Origin: an uncultured Candidatus Poseidoniales archaeon
GTDB lineage: Archaea; Thermoplasmatota; Poseidoniia; Poseidoniales; CAYMED01
Assembly: GCA_964389655.1 (NCBI GenBank)
Contig: CAYMED010000014.1
Span: 1-64,000, forward strand
Length of the DNA stretch: 64,000 nt
Reading direction: 5' to 3'
The notes below the pieces were generated by a model that was not told the origin of the DNA, did not search any database, and saw only the letters and a program-made list of their open reading frames with translations. A program made the position numbers and the translations under genes. Below are positions 61,202-64,000 of the stretch, piece after piece (position 1 is the stretch's first letter; each line of letters opens with the position of its first letter).

Positions 61202-62212
61202 GTGGAGACACCTTTCGTAGTCACTGCCATTCCATGTTTGAATGAAGAAAGAACCATTGAAAGATGCTTGAAATCGTTGATTAAGCAAGATTATCCAGCT
61301 GATAGCCATGCCATACACGTTATTGATGGTGGATCCACTGATTCGACATTGAATATTGTTGAGAATATGATGGCATATTCTGATGAAAATAATGGGCCAA
61401 AAATACACCTCTTAAATAATCCTGAAAAATATAGCCCCCAAGCAAGAAATTTGAGTTTGGAGGCTTGCCCCGAAAAATGTGAGTTTATCTTTGAGATGAG
61501 TGCCCATGCTTGGGTGGCAAAAGACCATTTAAGGTTGAGAATAAATGATTTGATAGAGATTGAAGATGAGATTGAAGGAAAAGTTGGGGGGGTGGGGTGC
61601 CGAGTATCTGCTGCTGAAGAAGAAATTAAATTTGCAGGAAGATCGATTGAAGCTGCACTGACAAATCGTTTGGGGGCCGGGGGGGGGCAATTTGCCCGTT
61701 TTGTTGGAAGAGCCCCCTCGAAAATACCACCTTTCACATTGTATCGAAAAGAGGCAGTGGAGAGCATTGGGGGGTGGGATCCCTATTTTCGTACCACTCA
61801 AGATTCTGATCTTAATTTACGCCTAAACCAAGCAGGTTGGCCAACTTGGAGGTCGGATGTTAGTTGCGTCCAACAAGTAAAAAGAAAGTCGGTTCGAAGT
61901 TGGATTCGATTTGGGCACCGATATGGGTTTTGGAGAATGCAGCATCTCAAACGAAGTCCATCTAGATTGAATATAGCTGAATTCGCCCCTTGGATTGGGG
62001 TGATCGCAACGATTATTCTCATATTATTAGGAATTGAATATTGGTGGATTCTTGCGGCACTATATGCAATTTCAATTATCAGTAGTGGCGTTATTGAAAC
62101 AATTCAAAGAAGAGATCTAACGTTGGTTATTGGGGTACCCATGATGCTCATGATATTGCACACTACATTCAGCATCGGGCTACTTGACGGCATTCTAAGA
62201 AAACCGAGATAA
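61202..62212 (+). CDS. Family 2 glycosyltransferase (ExoA-like)
   Basis: IPCLNEE, IDGGSTD, ARN, SAH (for DAH), GGWD, QD-x-DLN-x-R, C-terminal TMs. Confidence 0.92.
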   Translation: METPFVVTAIPCLNEERTIERCLKSLIKQDYPADSHAIHVIDGGSTDSTLNIVENMMAYSDENNGPKIHLLNNPEKYSPQARNLSLEACPEKCEFIFEMSAHAWVAKDHLRLRINDLIEIEDEIEGKVGGVGCRVSAAEEEIKFAGRSIEAALTNRLGAGGGQFARFVGRAPSKIPPFTLYRKEAVESIGGWDPYFRTTQDSDLNLRLNQAGWPTWRSDVSCVQQVKRKSVRSWIRFGHRYGFWRMQHLKRSPSRLNIAEFAPWIGVIATIILILLGIEYWWILAALYAISIISSGVIETIQRRDLTLVIGVPMMLMILHTTFSIGLLDGILRKPR

Positions 62213-62222
62213 TAATTCCAAA

Positions 62223-63233
62223 TTAGTTTAGAGATTGTAATGCCATTTCAACCATTTTCACACCTGAAATTCCCACTTCACCACCTGTAATTGGGTCTTG
62301 AGTGGCATTACAAGAAACTAAGCCTATGAAATGCCGTAATTCTGCAGTTAAAGCGGGTTCACCGAGGGGGAGGTTAATGCGTTCTCGGCGGGCAGCGCCA
62401 GGGCCTCCAAATTCACCACCCACTTCTTCGTTTGGATGATGGTGAATCCAAATCCCTGAATGGTCTAAATAGTCCACATCTATGCTTTTGTCCCGCCCAA
62501 TAATTCTCAAAGACCGTTGCTTACCACCAATTCTTCCACGCCATCCAACCGTAGATTGACAAAGAGCATGAGGTCCTTCTAAACCAGTGGGCTGGGGGAA
62601 TGAGAGCAGAGTTACTGCATGATCTTCAATTCCTTCAATCGTACTTGGTGTGGCACGTGAAATGAGGTTTGATGGAGGATTATCACCCATCAAATAACTG
62701 AATACATCATAATCATGAATTCCCAAGGCATGGATAGCACCCATATCTGGACGAGGATCTCTTACAGCCGTTCTTATCGATTCAAGAAGACGAACGGGGC
62801 CCAAATTACCATCTGCAATCATATTTCTGGCTTCCTTTACTCCCGCGTGGTGGCGGAATACATGTCCTACTGAGAGTAAAGTAGAATTTGATGTGGCTGT
62901 TTGAAACACGTTTTCTGCCTCATCTACGGTAAGGGCAAGAGGTTTTTCAACAAGAACTGAAACTCCTTTTTTGATCAATTGAATCGCTTGTTGGGCATGT
63001 AGGGGGCTGGGTGTTGCAATTGTTGCAGCATCAACATTCAATTCAGAAACAAGAGTATTCACATCTGTACTTGGAGTTGCTTGATGCTCATTGGCCAATT
63101 CAGTTGCCCGTGCCAAATCAATATCGCAGACGATCAACTCTAAGTCTGTACCTTGATCGCGTAGAGCTGCTAAAGTTCGAACATGGTTGCGGCCCCAATA
63201 TCCGGTCCCAACTACGGCCACCCGTATTGTCAT
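62223..63233 (-). CDS. Gfo/Idh/MocA family NAD-dependent (sugar-nucleotide) dehydrogenase
   Basis: GTGYWG, IATP...H, VEKP, VGH-x2-R, LGIHD. Confidence 0.92.
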   Translation of the reverse strand: MTIRVAVVGTGYWGRNHVRTLAALRDQGTDLELIVCDIDLARATELANEHQATPSTDVNTLVSELNVDAATIATPSPLHAQQAIQLIKKGVSVLVEKPLALTVDEAENVFQTATSNSTLLSVGHVFRHHAGVKEARNMIADGNLGPVRLLESIRTAVRDPRPDMGAIHALGIHDYDVFSYLMGDNPPSNLISRATPSTIEGIEDHAVTLLSFPQPTGLEGPHALCQSTVGWRGRIGGKQRSLRIIGRDKSIDVDYLDHSGIWIHHHPNEEVGGEFGGPGAARRERINLPLGEPALTAELRHFIGLVSCNATQDPITGGEVGISGVKMVEMALQSLN

Positions 63234-63330
63234 TGAAAGTAGGCGGAAGACGGAGATGCTTCATGATGACGGAAACATGTGGCTATTTTTTGCCGACAGC
63301 GTGATGAATGGAAGGCACCGGCGACCGGCT

Positions 63331-64000
63331 ATGGAACATGCAGTAAAAGTGCCCCTAGCACGAATGTTCATTGATGACGAAATGCGAAGTGCTGTGCTTG
63401 ATGTCTTAAATTCTGGAAATTGGATTAAGGGACAAAGGTCAAGAGATTTCGCAGCAGAATTCACAAGCCGTTGTCAAGCAAAGGGTGGCGTGACGTGTTC
63501 AAATGGTTCTGTTGCACTAATTGCTGCATTGCGACTTCTCGGAGTTGGACATGGGGATGAAGTGATTGTACCCTCCCACACATACATTGCATCCGCAACT
63601 GCTGCAAATCATGTCGGGGCCACCCCTATTTTTGTCGAAGTAAACAATGATCACACGGCAAATCAAGATTCAATAAAAAATGCAATCACAGAGAATACAA
63701 AAGCTGCAATTCTAGTCCATCTATATGGACAACCAGTGTCACAAGAGGCAATGGATGTTGTCCGAGATGCGGGCATACCTTTGATTGAAGATTGTGCTCA
63801 AGCACATGGTGCCACCCTTAATGGGGAACCAATTGGCTCATTTGGGGATTTCGCCACATTTTCTTTCTTTCCAAGTAAAAATATGGGGGTTGGGGGAGAT
63901 GGGGGGATGATTCTTACCAATCGAGATGACTTAATTGAAAATATGAAAATGATTGTTGATCATGGGCGCTCCTCAAAATATGAAAATATCATGTTAGGTA
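63331..64000 (+). CDS. DegT/DnrJ/EryC1/StrS aminotransferase (partial, runs off the window)
   Basis: Translated by hand (not in the ORF track): SNGSVAL, GDEVIVP, VHLYG, EDCAQAHGA, SFFPSKN (PLP Lys), GDGG. Confidence 0.95.
   Translation, partial: MEHAVKVPLARMFIDDEMRSAVLDVLNSGNWIKGQRSRDFAAEFTSRCQAKGGVTCSNGSVALIAALRLLGVGHGDEVIVPSHTYIASATAANHVGATPIFVEVNNDHTANQDSIKNAITENTKAAILVHLYGQPVSQEAMDVVRDAGIPLIEDCAQAHGATLNGEPIGSFGDFATFSFFPSKNMGVGGDGGMILTNRDDLIENMKMIVDHGRSSKYENIMLG

Noticed and set aside
19624-61687. G9-G10 homopolymers (19624, 28867, 47567, 53014, 61679) as phase-variation tracts
   Set aside because: The coding ones are all in frame as Pro/Gly codons and occur in housekeeping as well as surface genes; no evidence of length variation
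1-64000. CRISPR arrays, tRNA/rRNA genes, IS elements, inteins, prophage
   Set aside because: No spaced repeats, cloverleafs, transposase/integrase or intein motifs were seen by eye, and intergenic gaps are mostly too short; tRNAscan/Infernal were not run

Overview
Gene-dense (about 60 CDS) chromosomal segment of an archaeon: TFB, topoisomerase VI A/B, archaeal DnaG, phosphopantothenate synthetase and a group II chaperonin are present. The many bacterial-type metabolic genes, large FN3/membrane proteins and very short intergenic gaps best fit a marine Thermoplasmatota (Marine Group II/Poseidoniales-like) genome; this assignment is inference. The content is mostly housekeeping: purN/purH, nadC, metH, gcvH, fumC, hflX, mutY, RNase HI, lipid and sugar-nucleotide enzymes, transporters. 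I found no rRNA, tRNA, CRISPR, transposase or prophage. Best candidates for undescribed biology: (1) a GalU-like nucleotidyltransferase fused to a ParB/Srx (SerK/SbnI kinase-like) domain directly upstream of metH; (2) a class II fumarase with an N-terminal ribbon-helix-helix domain and an inverted repeat bracketing its own TATA box; (3) a fatty-acyl desaturase and an acyltransferase in an archaeon; (4) a permuted LeuD-LeuC aconitase-family fusion; (5) a recurrent non-canonical TATA-like motif about 22-34 nt upstream of start codons; (6) an overlooked Pcc1-like small ORF. All family calls come from motif recognition by eye; no database search was run.
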